A stretch of DNA of 64,000 bases from the NCBI RefSeq assembly GCF_964204645.1, contig NC_134034.1, positions 5,430,914 through 5,494,913 of the forward strand, written 5' to 3'. Below the pieces are notes generated by a model, which was given only the letters and a program-made list of their open reading frames with translations, was not told where the DNA came from and did not search any database. Source of the DNA: Tubulanus polymorphus. Lineage: Eukaryota > Animalia > Nemertea. The first letter of the stretch is position 1, and each line of letters starts with the position of its first letter. Positions 33,289 to 46,079 of the stretch are shown piece after piece. The translations under genes and the position numbers were made by a program.

Positions 33289-33591
33289 CAGGGGCGGATC
33301 CAGGGGCATGTTGTGACCATGTCGACCAATGAAAATGGCATATATTCTTGATTTAGGGCGAAAAGGCATATCAGCGAAATTTTTGAAATTTTACTATCAT
33401 TTTAGAGCTTTCTGAGCATCTCCGAGAGGCATTTGGTCAAGAAACATAGGTTATATATCTAGGAAAAATATCTATTGTGTATCTCAGGTGGTTAAAACGG
33501 CAAATATTGATACAGAGAAAAAAATCAAAAGGCACTTTAAAATTCCGACCTTGTCTGGCGACACGGTCGACACGGTCTAAATCCGCCCCTG
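33289..33591. mobile_element. MITE with CAGGGGCGGAT TIR and 5-bp TSD
   Basis: ATGTC at 33284-33288 and 33592-33596; empty-site homologue inverted at ~35175-35270. Confidence 0.8.
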
Positions 33592-33866
33592 ATGTCAGTA
33601 GATGGCGCCACGTAGATGTAAATGACGTGATCCTTAGAAACCCGGAAATAATTGCCAAAACATAAGAATCATTCGATTAAGGAGATAAATTAGTTTGCTA
33701 GTTGATACGTACAAAGATACTTTTGAAATAATTGGAGCATGTGTTGAACGAAAACCAACCGACCAAAGTAGCCCTGCATTATAGATCCTGCTCTGGACGG
33801 TTAAATTATCGAAAAGAAACCTCTACCCATCACAACAGTTAAACAATCCTGACGGATAGAAAAACG

Positions 33867-34790
33867 GGATCAAGTATAAAATGGTAATATAGTCCCTCAT
33901 CGCGGAAGCTTAAGACAAAATGAATGAGTGATTCAGTTTATAATTCTGTATTTGAATTATAACATCGGCAATCCCGACATTCCGACACTCCCGACATACC
34001 GAAAATCGGACATACCCAACAATCCCAACATTCCCAGCATACATGGGATTATTAGGAACCGAACGCCCCACGATCCCGGCACCTCTTTACAGGGGAATAT
34101 CAAGAACCGAACGCACCACGATCCTAGGGGAATATTAGGAACCAAACACCCCACGGTCCCAGCACCTCTGTACATGGGAATATTAGGAACCAAACACCCC
34201 ACGATCCCAGTACCTCTATACAGGGGAATATTAGGAACCAAACGCCCCACGATCCCAGCAGCTCTGTACAGGGAAATATTAGGAACCAAACGCGCCACGA
34301 TCCCGGTATTTCTCTACAGGGGATTATTAAGAACCGAACGCCCCATAATCCCAGCATCTCTCTACAGGGGATTATTAAGAACCGAACGCCCCAGCCTTAC
34401 AAATATATATTCTCAAAACAACTGGCCTGGTTAGATAATGGCTGGTATGTCTGTATGTAGGGTTGTATAGCATTGCCGGAGTGCCGGTATGTCGGGAGTG
34501 CCGGTATGTAGGGAGTGCCAGTATATCGGTATGTTGGGAGTGCTGGTATATCGGTATGTCGGGAGTGCCGGTATGTCGGAAGTGTCGGTATGTCGGAATG
34601 TCGGGTATGTCGGGAGTGCAGGTATGTCGGGAGTGCCCGTATGTCGGAATGTCGGTATGTTGGGAGTGCCGGTATGTCGGGAGTGCCGGTATGTCGGATT
34701 GCTGGTATGTCGGGAGTGCCGGTATGTCGGGAGTGCCAGTATGTCGGGTGTGCCGGTATGTCAGATTGTCGGTATATGTCGGGAATGTTA
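33867..34790. repeat. Composite repeat element (unique end, 9-mer array, 48-bp minisatellite, inverted 9-mer array)
   Basis: Inverted homologue of 37240-38188. Confidence 0.85.
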
Positions 34791-35707
34791 AGATTGGCAG
34801 ATATTTGGTCAGCATTGTGCGTATTGATACGTCAGGTAGAAAGGCAATTGGACTACTTTTCCATATTTTATACTTGAGCCGAAAATCGAAAAGAAACCTA
34901 TTTTCTATCCACCACTGGCACAGCAGTTGAACGATCCTGCTCTACTGTATAGAAAATCGACACCACCTAATGTTTTCGATCCGCCACATCAGACACGTGT
35001 GTTTGTTTACTTCCTCTGAGCATGCGGTGTGAGGAGATCTAATGTGGCCGAAAGAAAACAATTACACTCTCCCAGTTAAAAGGCGAACTATTTCCGGGTT
35101 TTCCAAATATCCGTCATTTTAAGAAGATTGCTAGTCGAAACACCGAAACAGCTAAAATGATAACGCTGAAAGAATTATTTCCGGGTTACCAAGATGACAT
35201 AATTCATACGTACGTGGCGCCATCTAGTGACATTTCGGCGCATGACTTCGCGGTGCGAAAATGTCTTCGCAGCGCGAAAAAGTTTTCGCAGCGCGATCGA
35301 AATTGTCAATTCGGCGCGACGAGTTAGACCGACAGAGAGGGAGAGCGACGACCGACCGGACGGACGGGCCGACTCCGACAGAGACTGACTTCGTTCGATA
35401 CGGACTTCGACGACCGACCCGACTGGAAAACGCCTCGAGCGGCGGCCCGCTGCCAACGGCCCGCGGACCGCCCCCGGGACAAATCCAACGGTCAAATGGC
35501 TTAGTTTCAACGGTTCGTAGTGTGCGCAGAATTGTCTTTTACGCTACGTGAAACAAAACATCAACTTTTTGGCGGGTGGTTTAAAATGAAACCTGAAATG
35601 TTTTGTTAAGTTGCGAAATCGTTGTTCAAAAGGCACCGCTACAATTAATCGTTTGTTCGCGCAGATCAAACCGACCTGTTGGTCGAATCCTTCGAGCGTT
35701 TCGCCCA

Positions 35708-37134
35708 TTACTTGCGCCTGAGCTGAAGGCCAAGGCTGAGGTTTATTGGATCAAATATGATCAGCTGCCTGATCTGTGCCAATTTTGCCCGAGTCAAATC
35801 GTCTCCGCGTGATCGCGGCTTATGAGATCTTTTCTTGTTTCTACCCGACGATAAAGCAAATACATTCAGGAATGTGGCTGTCAGTTCTTCAGCTCCGTCT
35901 ATTCCTAAATGAGCTCCGCTCTTGACCATGGAATCGAAGAGGGCTCGAGTAACGCCAGCTTGGTTAGGGCGGAACTTTTCATCATTGTCGATATAAAAGT
36001 CTTTCGTTGCTATTACACAGTTTTTTAAAGTAGTTATTGACGGCCGTGGCCGATTCATTTAGTGTCGTTATTGTCTTGTTCCGTCCTCTACGGAGGAAGA
36101 TACTGGATACATGAATTTCAGAATTGGGAAATCTGGTTAGTAGTGTATTTGTAGATTTGGATAAGTCGAGAATAGTTTGACCATTATCGTCCTTGTTTAA
36201 AGAAATGTCATTTGTTCCTAGATGACAAATAACGCGTTTTACTAGGCTACTGTCTAATTTCGGGTTAAGCTTGAGTGATTGTTGATCAATACCATGAGCG
36301 GTTGCTCCTGGCAAACTGTCAACATGTATACTACTGGGCAAGTCAGTGAATATTAGGCGCCTGCAGTTAGAGTCTCCTCTGATCAGGTAATCCGCGGTCA
36401 GATTGTCAACGACAAGAGGCGTTGTTGTAAATTCAACTCGCGCTGAGTTTTGAATTGTGTCTGTCTGGTGATCACTGACACTATTTTCGTCCATATCGTA
36501 ATTCAATCGTTTTTGGGCATTCAGATTTTTTGTGACCATCTTCACGACAACGATAACAAATTATGCCGTACGGACATTCATTAGCCATATATGATCAGCT
36601 GGTTTTCAGTAAACATCTGAAGTACGGGTGATCAGTGTCCCCGCAATGTTTGCACTGTGTTTTATTATTGTCGCAAAAAAGCCTTACTTCAAATCTTCCA
36701 AACTTAGTCTCCACGGGTATAATATTTTTCACGTTTGACAGTTTTGCATAGATACATCCGTTTAAAATTTCGTTGTCTTTAATTTTGCCTCTTCGCAGTG
36801 AACCGGTTACTACGTTACCATACTTTTGTAGCTGATTAACAATGAACATGTCCGAAAGCTCAACCGGCGCGTCTTTAATAGTTATGTTCGTTATATCAAT
36901 TAATTCGTCAACTTTGCACGCTTTAATTTAACGATCTCTGATCTTAAAACCACTTGTAATGAAGTTTTCCATAGCTTCAAAATTGTTAAAAGTAATTCTA
37001 CACTCACCATTCTTAAAAAACTGAATGGCTCGAACATGTTTTGTGTTTTCTCCAAGCTTACTCAATATATCCTCCTCTGAAAATCTCGTGCCGAAACATA
37101 CAACGGTTAATGGTCGTTTTATATCAATTTTCAA
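35708..37134 (-). pseudogene. Decayed non-LTR retrotransposon ORF1 (RRM-like, CCHC knuckle, SGNH esterase)
   Basis: Consecutive frameshifted fragments; CKHCGDTDHPYFRC; GDSN and HLGTND blocks. Confidence 0.75.
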
Positions 37135-37239
37135 TCACTTCGCCTGACCAAAAACTATACTAAAAATGGTCCGAGTAAGTAGATCGACCCGACAAACAAT
37201 CTATCAGTGCCGCCATTTTGAATTTGATCCCATTTTGAA

Positions 37240-38188
37240 TTTGATGACATTCCAGACATTCCACACAGATATTCCAGTCATTATTTAAACAGGTCAGTTG
37301 TTTTGAGAATATTTATTCTAAAGGCTGGGGCGTTCAGTTCCGAATAATCGCCTGTAGAGAAATACCGGAATCGTGGGATGTTTGGTTCCTAATATTCTCC
37401 TGTACAGAGGTGCTGGGATCGTGGGGCGTTCGGTTCCTAATATTCCCCTGTACTGAGGTGCTGGGATCGTGGGGTGTTTAATTCCTAATATTCCCCTGTA
37501 CAGAGGTGCTGGGATCGTGGGGTGTTTAATTCCTAATATTCCCCTGTACAGAGGTGCTGGGATCGTGGGGTGTTTAATTCCTAATATTCCCCTGTACAGA
37601 GGTGCTTGGATCGTGGGGTGTTTGATTCATAATATTCCCCTGTACAGAGGTGCTGGGATCGTGGGGTTTTTGGTTCCTAATATTCCCCTGTACAGAGGTG
37701 CTGGGATCGTGGGCTGTCTGGTTCCTAATATTTCCCTGTACATAGGTGCTGGGATCGTGGGTTGTCTGGTTCCTAATATTCTCCTGTACAGAGATGCTGG
37801 GATCGTGGGTTGTCTGGTTCCTAATATTCTCCTGTACAGAGGTGCTGGGATCGTGGGGCGTCCGGTTCTTGATATTTTTCTGTACAGAGGTGCCGGGATT
37901 GTGGGGCGTTCGGTTCCCTGTAGAGAGGTGCTGGGATCGCGGTATGTCGAATTGCCGGTATGTCGGAATGTCGGATTGACGGTATGTCGGGAGTGTCGGA
38001 ATGTCGGGATTGTTGGGTATGTCGGATTGCCGGTATGTCAGGATTGTCGGGTTGCCAGAATGTCGGGAGTGTCGGAATGTCGGGATTGCCGATGTTATAA
38101 TTCAAATACAGAATTATGAACCGAATCATTCATTTTATCTCAAGCTTCCGCAATGAGGGACTGTATTACCATATTTTATACTTGATCC
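37240..38188. repeat. Composite repeat element with ~12 copies of a 48-bp minisatellite
   Basis: Unit TTCCTAATATTCCCCTGTACAGAGGTGCTGGGATCGTGGGGTGTTTAA. Confidence 0.88.
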
Positions 38189-39971
38189 AGAAAACGTGTT
38201 TTGGAAGTTTGACTCGCAATTACTTTACAAATTAAACTAAAAAAGATAATTGAAAACGGTAAAAAGTATATAAATTAGACCACATATAGATGTCAATTGA
38301 TCCTGTAAACTTCAAAAAATGTAAATCAAAATTTGTAAGAATTACGAACTTTTGAATGAGATGAGCAATAATTCAAGTTGAATTATCGGGAAGACGATAT
38401 CAATATGATAACTACACATCTCATTGTTTTGATTGTTTTGAAACGGATTATTTCATTCCTGCGCATTTTTGCGTTTCGTTTTAACAAATATAACGGCCTT
38501 AGGTGATCTTCACCGTGGGGGTCATGCATGAAGAAATCCTGATAGAATTTGTTAAGATGAAACCGCAACGTTTTGACTGTTGACTAACATGTCATCATCA
38601 GGGGGGATGTAGACATTCCAAGTGATTTGGGCGGGCTTTAACTCAGATGGCTGGCACTGAAAATACGAAACGTTGTGGTTTGACTTTGATAGATGTCATC
38701 ATATAAAATCTTATCGTGGAATTTCTTCATTTATCGGATTAGAGTGTTGTATTCGACTAATTCGGGTCATTGGTCGTTTAGATTGAAAATAGTTTACTTT
38801 TCGGCAAAGAAGGTATATACAACCGTTTCAGTCGCTATGGGAGAGATTCTCTGTATATATCAGCATCTTAAATCGGCACCTTTGTTGTTCCTAATCCGCA
38901 TTTCCAATTTAACGTACTGGTATAGTCTTACTCTGAATGCACTTCTGTCAGCGATTATGGTGCCACTGATATAAAAGTAGTTTTTATTTTACAATAATTT
39001 GAGAAAATGAGTTAAATTGGAAACAATTTATAAGTATCTTAAAATTCAGCGATTCATTGGCATCTTCAGATTTTTGCGATGCTAAGTTTATTACTACTAT
39101 AGAGGTCATTGCTTTCGGTTCCTGGTCTTTTCGTGGTCAGTGCAGTTTGTTTATTCGTTCATCAATCACTGTCCAGTGTAATTAAGCCAGTGTAATTCAC
39201 CTGGTAACTGATAGCTGCAGCTGGGCTTTTGATGACCTATATAAACAATTTACTTTAGAAATTAGGAAAGCATGTGAAACTAAAATTTCAGCCTTGTATT
39301 TCTTCTTATTAGACCAAAAGAGGTTTTTTCTATCAAATGTATACTGATTTCAAAATTACGTGAACATCTCAACTGAAATTATTTCAGTGTTTAATCAATC
39401 AATAATGATAATTGTTAGGCTTATTCTCACTAGCATGCTCAATGAGTAATGGGTATTAGATTAAAATGTAATGTACTATTATAGCCTACGCTTCTTATGA
39501 TCTTATATTAGATGTTGTAATATCATTTCAACCAAACTGTATAACTAAGAGACGAAAATTTACTTAGAATAACAACGGTTGTTTTTCTGAATTTATCATT
39601 TGTCACACAAATATATAATGAAATTTATTTCCCCTTAAATTTCGGACAATATCTAACAATATCTGGCACCAAAAAATCAGTCAAACTAGATAACTCGATG
39701 ATTCAGCAGTTAAATCGAGCCCAGACCGTCGAACAAACCGACAGTAAAATATCACCGAAAGTAAAAGGGAATGTGTTGTTCTAGATCAAAGGTCGAAAGG
39801 TCGAGTGAGTAAAAAAATGAAAAATAAATTCGAGTGTGCAAGAATTTATTTTTCATTTTTTACTCACTCGCCATCTCAACCTTTAATCTAGAACAACACA
39901 TTCCCTATTGCTCTTAAAATATTAATCTAATAACTTCTAAAATCAATTTTAATAAAAAATTTGATATTAAA

Positions 39972-40325
39972 ATGGAGAGTAAACAAGTACACAGTGAGAA
40001 CAACAAATCATTTCTAGATAGAATCAAAGATATCACAAATGCTAAATGTGTAGATTATAAATGTAAGAAGTTAACAGAATTAACTATTCATAAGCAATAT
40101 CTAATTACAAATATTGACACAGTTATTAACAAATATGGAGATAAATTAGTTATACACTTAGAATATGAAGGATTAAAAGAAAATAAATATAAATTCAGAA
40201 CATATTTACCGGATAGATTTCATAGATTATCAAGTGAAGATTTAGAAGAATTATGTTCAGGTGATTTCTATTTCATATATAAGGGTAAGAATGAAAAAGG
40301 GCACCATGAAATAGATTTTGAATAA
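39972..40325 (+). CDS. Homologue of the putative SSB-like gene of A
   Basis: Highly similar to 19780-20121; intact ORF directly after the terminal hairpin. Confidence 0.75.
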   Translation: MESKQVHSENNKSFLDRIKDITNAKCVDYKCKKLTELTIHKQYLITNIDTVINKYGDKLVIHLEYEGLKENKYKFRTYLPDRFHRLSSEDLEELCSGDFYFIYKGKNEKGHHEIDFE

Positions 40326-40339
40326 AATATGTAAAATAA

Positions 40340-41096
40340 ATGGTAGAATTAAAAGAATATAGAATATTTGTTGATTCAAGAAGACTTACAAATCATAAAT
40401 CTCATAATTTACTAGTACAATTAGATAGAGAATTTAAAAATTGTGTAGATTTGAAATTAGTAAATGTAAGTTTATGTAACTCATTTTATAATATATCGGA
40501 TAAAAGTATTGAACATAGAGTCTTTTTAATTCATGATAGAAATAAAAATAGATGGTTTCATCTTTATTTAAAACCAGGATTATATAATTTAGAAACATAA
40601 GCGCAAGAAATTAATAAAAGAGCACGCTCAAATGGGTGCATCTGCTGGATTTGGATTAAGACTGATTAAAAGTGATAGCTCTGATAAAGTAAGAATAAAA
40701 TTAGGAAATGAAGATCAACATCAATTTCTAGTTAAAAAACCTTTAGCTTAAATTTTAGGAATAACCCCAGATGTAAGGATACGTAATGCTGATGCTACAC
40801 CAAACTTAATACCCTTTACGCACTTTAATATTTATTGCAATTTAATTGACCCTACAAAGGCATTTGATACAACTAAAGATACAATTTGTAATTCTGGTTT
40901 ATTGAATATTCTACCATTGAAGAATGTTAAAGAATTTGGAACGCAAATAAATTATGATTTAGCCGAGTGTGATTCCAAACCTTGTATTCCTCAATTTAAT
41001 GATTTTAGATTAGAAATTAGAAATCACAATGGATACTTAATTGATTTAAATAATTTCCCTGTAATTTACGAATTAGTTATAAGATGTAAAGAGTAA
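40340..41096 (+). pseudogene. Minor capsid (penton) pseudogene
   Basis: Homologous to 19010-19762; premature stops. Confidence 0.85.
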
Positions 41097-41113
41097 TTTT
41101 TTTCACTATATAA

Positions 41114-42926
41114 ATGAATATAACTGTTGGACCGAGTGTATGTTTTGGGTTTGATTTTAAACATGGTAAAGAAATGAGAATTAAACTAAATTATGTAATT
41201 ACTGATATTAAACGTCAATCATTTAATAATGCATCAATGATTAATAAAAGAGATCATAATATAAAAAAAGAAATTGATTTAAGTAAAACACCCTTAGAAT
41301 ATTATGAATGAAATGAAAATGGAATTATCGATGATATTAAAAACATATTAACTGAAATATATGATAATCGTAAAAGTAGTAATGAAATAAATGTTGAAAT
41401 AATCATAAATAAGATAACTAAATATTCTGAACTAGGTGATTTTTTTGATAAATAAATGAGTGATAATAAGTGGATAATAACCGGTTTATATAATGGAGCA
41501 TCATTATCAGTGGGGACTGTTGGTTATACCAGGGAAGTGTGATGATCTCATCACACTTCCCTGGTTATACAATGGTATTAAAAAAAGTATTTAGAATGGG
41601 TAGTATTAATGTTGATAGATTTGATATCAATGATATTTTAAAATTAACATTAGCAGTTACTTTATCTAATTTAACAATTGATTATTTGGAAAAACAAAAA
41701 TATATTCCTCATATATAAACGCGTAATTTTTTTGTTAAATAAATGGCATCTGCAATTATAAATATTATAGGATCGGCAATTGTTAACGCTTTGGCATTTA
41801 CTGGTGGTGGATATTTATTTAAGCATATTGATAAAAATGGATCATTATCAGAACAAAAAAGACAATTTAGCATTAGAGAAATATAATAAAGCAGCAGAAG
41901 AATATAATGAAAAATGACAAAACTATATGGATTACATCGATAAAGAATTATATAATCAGAAAATTTCACATAGAGATTTTCAATCAGTCGATGATGCAAT
42001 GAGTTTATATAATGCAGTAACAAATTTTAGTAGAAAAATTACATCTATATAAACCTAAATTATCAGATTATTATACCCCAAGTAGTGAACAGAAGAAATA
42101 TGAAATAATTTGGATTTTAGGTGGAACTGTTATTGTTATATTTGTAGCATATAAATTTACAAATTAATTATATATTATTTTTTGCTAAATAAATGGATGA
42201 TAAAATTGATGGTGTTAATATTATTCCTCATGATATAAATAAAACTAAATTAAAATTATATTTGGAAAAAGAAATATTAGAATTTGAAAATGATTTAAAA
42301 GTTAAAAAGAAAAAATATTTAAAATCTAAAATTATATATTATTTCATTATCAGTGGTTCAGTTACAGTTAGTTCTGTAATAACATTTCTAGCATTATTCT
42401 CACCATTAACACCTTTTGTTATCTCAATTGGAGCTTTAGGTTCAAGTGTTTTAACCGGTATAAGTTCAAAATTAATGAAAAAGTAATAAAGAAAAAAATA
42501 AAACTAATATAAAAGAAATAAATAAATTAAAAAATACATTTAATTATATAATAAGTTTAAATGGTAATATAACAGTTGAAGAACAGGATAAATTATTAAA
42601 AGAATTAATAAATTATTAATTTTTTCATTATATTAATGGGGTTTTCAAAATCTTTCCAATATAATAAATCAATCAAATATAATATTCCTGCAATAGATTT
42701 TAATAAAAATATTACATATAAAAAAAATTTAGTTTTAAATTAATTAATTAATCTAGAAATTTATGTTACTGAAACACAGTTTTTTATTTCTAAAATGGAA
42801 AATATATTTCATACATATGAAGTTACTTTTACTCGAGATGAATATCATATATATATATAAAGTAAAATCTAATATGAAATATTGGCAGAACCAATTAGAT
42901 TTTGCTGTTTATTGTGCAACAACTGG
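41114..42926 (+). pseudogene. Decayed block of small structural-region genes (113, 73, 140, 144, 74 aa and start of the 382 aa homologue)
   Basis: Collinear with A from 18992 down to ~17220; stops and frameshifts. Confidence 0.85.
41530..41563. mobile_element. 34-bp palindromic insertion with 7-bp TSD (probable transposon excision footprint)
   Basis: CAGGGAAGTGTGATGA-TC-TCATCACACTTCCCTG flanked by GTTATAC; absent from the homologous gene in A. Confidence 0.8.
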
Positions 42927-42927
42927 C

Positions 42928-42980
42928 AAAAACAATACAATTGAATAAGCAACACTAGCTAATTCAATTGTATTGTTTTT
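42928..42980. repeat. Hairpin resembling the apex of A's terminal palindrome
   Basis: 19-bp perfect arms AAAAACAATACAATTGAAT / ATTCAATTGTATTGTTTTT. Confidence 0.8.
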
Positions 42981-43816
42981 CTAATGTTTTTCTAATATTT
43001 CTTATTGATACTACATTACTTTACATTTGACTAAAATAATATTAGAAAAACTGTACCTTGAATAACTTTGTATCATCTTGTATTATCCTTGTCAAATCTA
43101 AAGAAATCTGATATCATGTATGAATAAATTACTTCTGTGACTTCAATTTCAGAAATAAAGCATAATATGTATTTCAATACCTTCAATACGTAATTTAATA
43201 CATTGATACCTCAACCCCCTTTTTTAACATAAATATAATTTACTCACTTTCATACATTTCAGCGAATATATTTTATATTTTCCACCCAATTTAACAGTCG
43301 ATTTCTTATTTTGATTCATACAGTTTATCATCTAATTTATGAATATATCTATGAGTTTTTAAACTCTTTAAATTTTTAACTTTTTAAATTTTTATATCTT
43401 TTATTACAAATTTCACAACACTTAATATTATTAATTCTATCTGAAATATAATTTATATTTTCTTTCAATTCTGTATATCTAATTTTACAGCTATCATAGA
43501 ATTCTAAAAACTGCCTAATACTATAAATCGTCTGTTTTAATCCTCTAATTCTTTTAAGTCATTAACTTTTTTATTGTTATTTTTTATGATTATTTTTATT
43601 TCCATTTAATTTTTCCAATTTCTAACTCAATTTAATATTTTCATTCATCAAATCTTTTGAAATATTTTCACAGTAAAAGTAAAGTGCAGCCAATATTAAT
43701 CCTCCAGCAACTAAATAATGTTTCAAATCACTTTTCCCAGTTGGAATGAAACCATCCATTTATTTAAGAAAACAATTAAACAGTTTATTAAATATTAAAT
43801 ATTTATACGTTTCAAA

Positions 43817-46079
43817 TCAAATAACAATTAAACTTACTACTAATTTTTTATCCCGCTGAGAATTATATTTTTGCTTGTGCGTGATCAATTTCATCAACTG
43901 ATATTCTTTTATATTATTCTTAACCATTTCTTTATCGAAAAATTCATTTGATATGTAAATATTTTCATCATTATGAATTAAAATTAGATGGCATAATTGA
44001 TTTCTAAAATATCTAGGATTAATGAAATCAATAGTATATTCAGAATTATCTTTCAATAGTTCTAAACGCTCGCATTGCTTAATTTTCATATTGTTAAGAT
44101 TTAGTTTTCTTAAATAATCAGATTCTTTACGTATATCACATACATTTATAAAATCATTTGAATTTATCTTTAAATATTCAGTATATTTTTTCATCAATTC
44201 AAAATCCATTTTATCAATTATTTCAAAATGATTATGTGTTATCTTCTTTACTTGGAAAATAGGTTTTTCTAATTTTGATAAAATTAAGTGTCTATCCGGG
44301 CTATGAACTCCTATTTTTAACTTTCTAATAATGTTTTCTATCGAAGACAATTCAAAATAAATATTATTTAATACGTCTAATTGTAATGTTTTAATCAATA
44401 ATTCTCTTAAATCAGTAGTAGTTTCAAATAAACCTTGATCTGTTAAAATATAACTGAAATAAAGATCTGTTATACATTTACATTTAGTTGAAAAACCTCT
44501 AATTTCAAAAATTGTCTTATTTTCAATTCCAGATATTTTAGGAGTATAATCATTTATTTTAACATCAGGAATTATTTCAAGTTTTTTAAATTCTGTCTCA
44601 AATAATTTATTATCAATATCTAATTGTTGCTTTAATTCATTACAATTTTTATTTCTATTTTCATCGATATCTTCTTGAAATTGTTTAAGTTCTTTCATTT
44701 CTTCTAATTTTTTTAATTCACTTTTAGATAATCATTTTAAATCAAAATCTTCTTCAATATCAAGTACATCTAATTTATAAAAAGGTTTAGATCTTATATT
44801 GTATCTCTTTCTTAAAGTTGTAAAACTAATTCCTGTTTCACGTAATTTAAATCTAAATATAAATTTATTCAATACTGTAAACATTGAATTAGTTGCTCCT
44901 TCAGTTTTAATATATTATTTTGCTTCAATAATGAATTCTGATTTATCATCATTTTGATCAATTGTGAGGTATAAACATGGGATATTCTTGATTGTAAACA
45001 TTGGTGAAATGAGTAAATAGGAAGACTCTTCAATATTTTTACTTATCCTAGATTTATATCCTATAAATTTCCTTGCTAATAAATCACCATAATAACAGAA
45101 ATAAAAGCATTTTTCAATCAAATCGTAAATACATACAGTCTGTTTAACTTCATCAAATAATGATTTAAGTTGTAAATATGCGGGTGAATAGTAAATATTT
45201 TGTTCTTTTAAGTATTGTTTTATTTTTTCCATCACTTATAATCCTCTTTTAAATGAAATACTTGTTATTTCAATTCTAATCAATCCTGTTTCAATTGATT
45301 TTTCAAATGATTCTTTCAACCTTTCTTGATAGCAATTTATGTAACTCATTAAATTTGAACCGAAATTTATATTTACACCAGGAGATTTGAATTGACATGC
45401 TATTCTATTATAACTCTTTATTTTATCATCCTTATGTAATGCTGAAACACAACTATTGGAAAATTCTTTTAGAACTTTATATTTTCTATTTTCGAACATT
45501 GATTTTATTTCAATCTGAATTAAATGATCCTTTAAAATCTTGTGTCACATCTACATCTAATCTACTGTAATTTTTTTCATTTGATAATGTTTCAATATTA
45601 TCCATTTTCTGTATTAATTCATTTAAATTTTGATTGCATAATGAAATTTTAAATACAGCAATATAATCAGTTAATTTTAATTCTTGATTAAATCTACTTA
45701 AGATATATGATTTTGAATTATCATCATGAATTGTTAAAACACGTGTAATTTTTATAGCTAAGTTATCCAATATAATGTTTCCTCGATTAAAACATTCTTT
45801 AATTTCATAATGTATTATCTTTCTCTGATTAACGTTAAGAAAAGTTTTCCTATTTTCTTTAATAATTTCTTTTTCTAACATGATTTTATATAGCATTATA
45901 TTATCGCAAAATATATCTGACGTTTATATTAATTATCTATTTTCAGATTTATAATACTTATTTATATTTACTCCTGAAATATCAGCTAAATTATCATTCA
46001 CAGTTAAATAATATAATATTGAATTTATATATTTATTATTCATGTCCTTCGCGGGAACTTTAATTAACGTTGAGCACAT
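43817..46079 (-). pseudogene. Putative Rep_trans-like rolling-circle replication initiator (~750 codons, disrupted)
   Basis: Four listed ORFs join through stops and frameshifts from a TAAATG at 46079; ordered motifs ILDNLAI, SRLDVDVTQDF, KIKSYNR, GLIRIEIT. Confidence 0.55.

Noticed and set aside
33928-38129. Repetitive ORFs such as (GCLIPNIPLYRGAGIV)n and (VCRECRYV)n
   Set aside because: Open in several frames on both strands because the repeat units (9, 18, 48 bp) are multiples of 3; no coding evidence.
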